A DNA stretch of 64,000 nt, from positions 1,408,001-1,472,000 of the forward strand of contig CAWDEM010000008.1 in the NCBI GenBank assembly GCA_963801355.1, in the 5' to 3' direction. Numbering within the stretch: position 1 is the first letter of the stretch; each line of letters begins with the position of its first letter. Origin of the DNA: Ignavibacteriota bacterium (GTDB taxonomy: Bacteria; Bacteroidota; Ignavibacteria; UBA10030; UBA6906). The position numbers and the translations under genes were made by a program. Shown in pieces: positions 62,447 through 64,000 of this stretch. The notes beneath the pieces were generated by a model. The model was not told the DNA's origin, ran no database searches, and was given only the letters and a program-made list of their open reading frames with translations.

Positions 62447-63868
62447 CTATTCTTCGCGTATGACAATAGACGTATCTCGATCAGGATGCGCACCCTCGCC
62501 TTTGAAACCTTCAATCTTCAGGTCACGTACATCATGGGCTTGGATGGCATTCGTAAAATAGTCCGGTATATTCTTACCCCAACTAACACTGCAGTCTTTC
62601 AACATCACCCGATCGCTGAAACGAATGTAGAAGCCCGGGGTATCATGTGGCTCAATTTCTGCATACACCTTTGTGGGACGATTGTCGAAGAGATTCCCGG
62701 GATACTTCGTCCAACGATCCCAGGTGATACTCACATTTTCAAGGCGCACATTGCTGATCCGGCTTTCTTTGGTACCATTGATCCGGACGCTGTTTTCTGC
62801 TTTTCCGGAAACGTTCTTGACCAGAACATTGTGGATCGTTCCAATTTTGGTCTCCGCGGTTCTGGGAATAGCCGTGAATGAAATCGCTTCTCCCCGTCCC
62901 CACCAGGGGGCGGAATAGAACTGAGACATAAATGTGATATCTTTGAATACCACATTGTACACGTCACCCTCATCTCGCAGCTGAATGTTTAACCCGCGGC
63001 AACTGGACTTGATTGCACAGCGTTCGAACGTGACGTTGTAAATATCTTCTGTAGTCTCGGTACCAAGCTTTAGTCCCGAGTCATGGGTTTCCAACACGCA
63101 ATCGTGCACATGGATGTTGGCGGAGGGACCATACTTCTCTTTCTGCGGGGTTGCTTTCACCACAATCCCATCGTCGCCACATTTGACGCTGCAATTCCGC
63201 ACTTCCACATTACGGCAATGGTCTGCATTAATGCCGTCACAATTGGGTACTTCCATATAGTTATCAATCCTGATACTATCCACCACAACATTTTCACAAC
63301 CCAACAAATGCACGCTCCACTGCGGTGCATTGTTGATGGCGATCTTCAATATTTTTAGATCAGTGCATTTCGTCAAAATGAAGAGCTTGGGACGCCATTC
63401 TTTGAATATCCACCACTCGTCAGCCTTGTCGTAATACGACATAAACTCCAGGGCCCTGCCGTCGATAATCCCGCTTCCTGAAATGGTCAGATCCTTGGCC
63501 CCGTTGGCAGTAATAACGCCGTCTCCGGAGTAGTCTTCCCGGTCGGTACTGACAAGCAACTTGGCATCGCCCTGCAAATGAAAATTGATGTTGCTCTTGA
63601 GTTCCAGAGTTCCAATCAAATACTGATGCCCGGCAGGGACCAACACCTCTGCCCCGTTGCCGGTTTTGGCAGCTTCATCTATTGCTTTTTGAATGGGAGC
63701 GGTATCCAGTGTTCTCCCGTCGCCAACCGCTCCAAATTGAAGCACGTCGAAAACCGGAATTGAAGTTTGTTTTTCCTGCGCAACAGAAAAGGATGGGATA
63801 AGCGGGAAAATACTAAACAACAAGATCATTAGATTTTTGATACCCGCAGTATTGGCAATCTTTTCCAT
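62447..63868 (-). CDS. GH28 polygalacturonase-family glycoside hydrolase
   Basis: FGAVGDG..DTAPIQKAID, PNCDGI, GDDGIVVK, KLGTET. Confidence 0.88.
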   Translation of the reverse strand: MEKIANTAGIKNLMILLFSIFPLIPSFSVAQEKQTSIPVFDVLQFGAVGDGRTLDTAPIQKAIDEAAKTGNGAEVLVPAGHQYLIGTLELKSNINFHLQGDAKLLVSTDREDYSGDGVITANGAKDLTISGSGIIDGRALEFMSYYDKADEWWIFKEWRPKLFILTKCTDLKILKIAINNAPQWSVHLLGCENVVVDSIRIDNYMEVPNCDGINADHCRNVEVRNCSVKCGDDGIVVKATPQKEKYGPSANIHVHDCVLETHDSGLKLGTETTEDIYNVTFERCAIKSSCRGLNIQLRDEGDVYNVVFKDITFMSQFYSAPWWGRGEAISFTAIPRTAETKIGTIHNVLVKNVSGKAENSVRINGTKESRISNVRLENVSITWDRWTKYPGNLFDNRPTKVYAEIEPHDTPGFYIRFSDRVMLKDCSVSWGKNIPDYFTNAIQAHDVRDLKIEGFKGEGAHPDRDTSIVIREE

Positions 63869-63910
63869 TGTTCTATTCCGTTTGACCAAATGTGTTTTGT
63901 GTCAATATTC

Positions 63911-63931
63911 TTGTCAAATGGAATTTGACAA
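63911..63931. promoter_or_regulatory. Palindromic operator candidate upstream of pectin cluster
   Basis: ttgtcaaat-gga-atttgacaa; further TGTCAA half-sites near 63900 and 63985. Confidence 0.6.
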
Positions 63932-64000
63932 ATCATCTTTACGTACTATCAGACCACTCATGTTCTATGAAGGTAGCTCTATCTTGTCAATAGTTCGGTG

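Overview
64 kb accessory-rich chromosomal window, GC-rich by eye, most likely from an Ignavibacteria-like member of the Bacteroidota-Chlorobiota group. Evidence for this: four proteins end in a 'QNYPNPFNP...GVY' T9SS sorting domain, and promoters are TTGACA/TATAAT-type. I saw no rRNA, tRNA, CRISPR array, integrase or transposase. Contents in order: (1) a SusCD-free carbohydrate locus (DUF2264, SSS symporter, DUF5916 outer-membrane protein, DUF4091/GH123-like); (2) a stand-alone GMP synthase subunit B; (3) T9SS cargo, including a GH5_10-like mannanase and two 13-Asp-box propeller paralogs; (4) a sigma54 two-component module upstream of two small secreted EF-hand-like proteins and a beta-barrel, carrying four frameshifts that may be sequencing indels; (5) a methyltransferase/TlpA/TauE/DUF6132 cluster; (6) a Ser/Thr kinase plus cytoplasmic GAF hybrid two-component module; (7) a decayed HigBA; (8) a PadR operon; (9) an internally deleted TonB-dependent receptor; (10) a pectin/rhamnogalacturonan cluster (GH28, GH105, GH106, GH2). 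Most notable observations: repeat or palindromic DNA inserted in-frame at two fixed loops of the T9SS sorting domains; a recurring ATCCCG-N6-CGGGAT palindrome abutting -35 boxes; and three genes with apparent internal deletions. All family calls come from motif recognition by eye, with no database searches.
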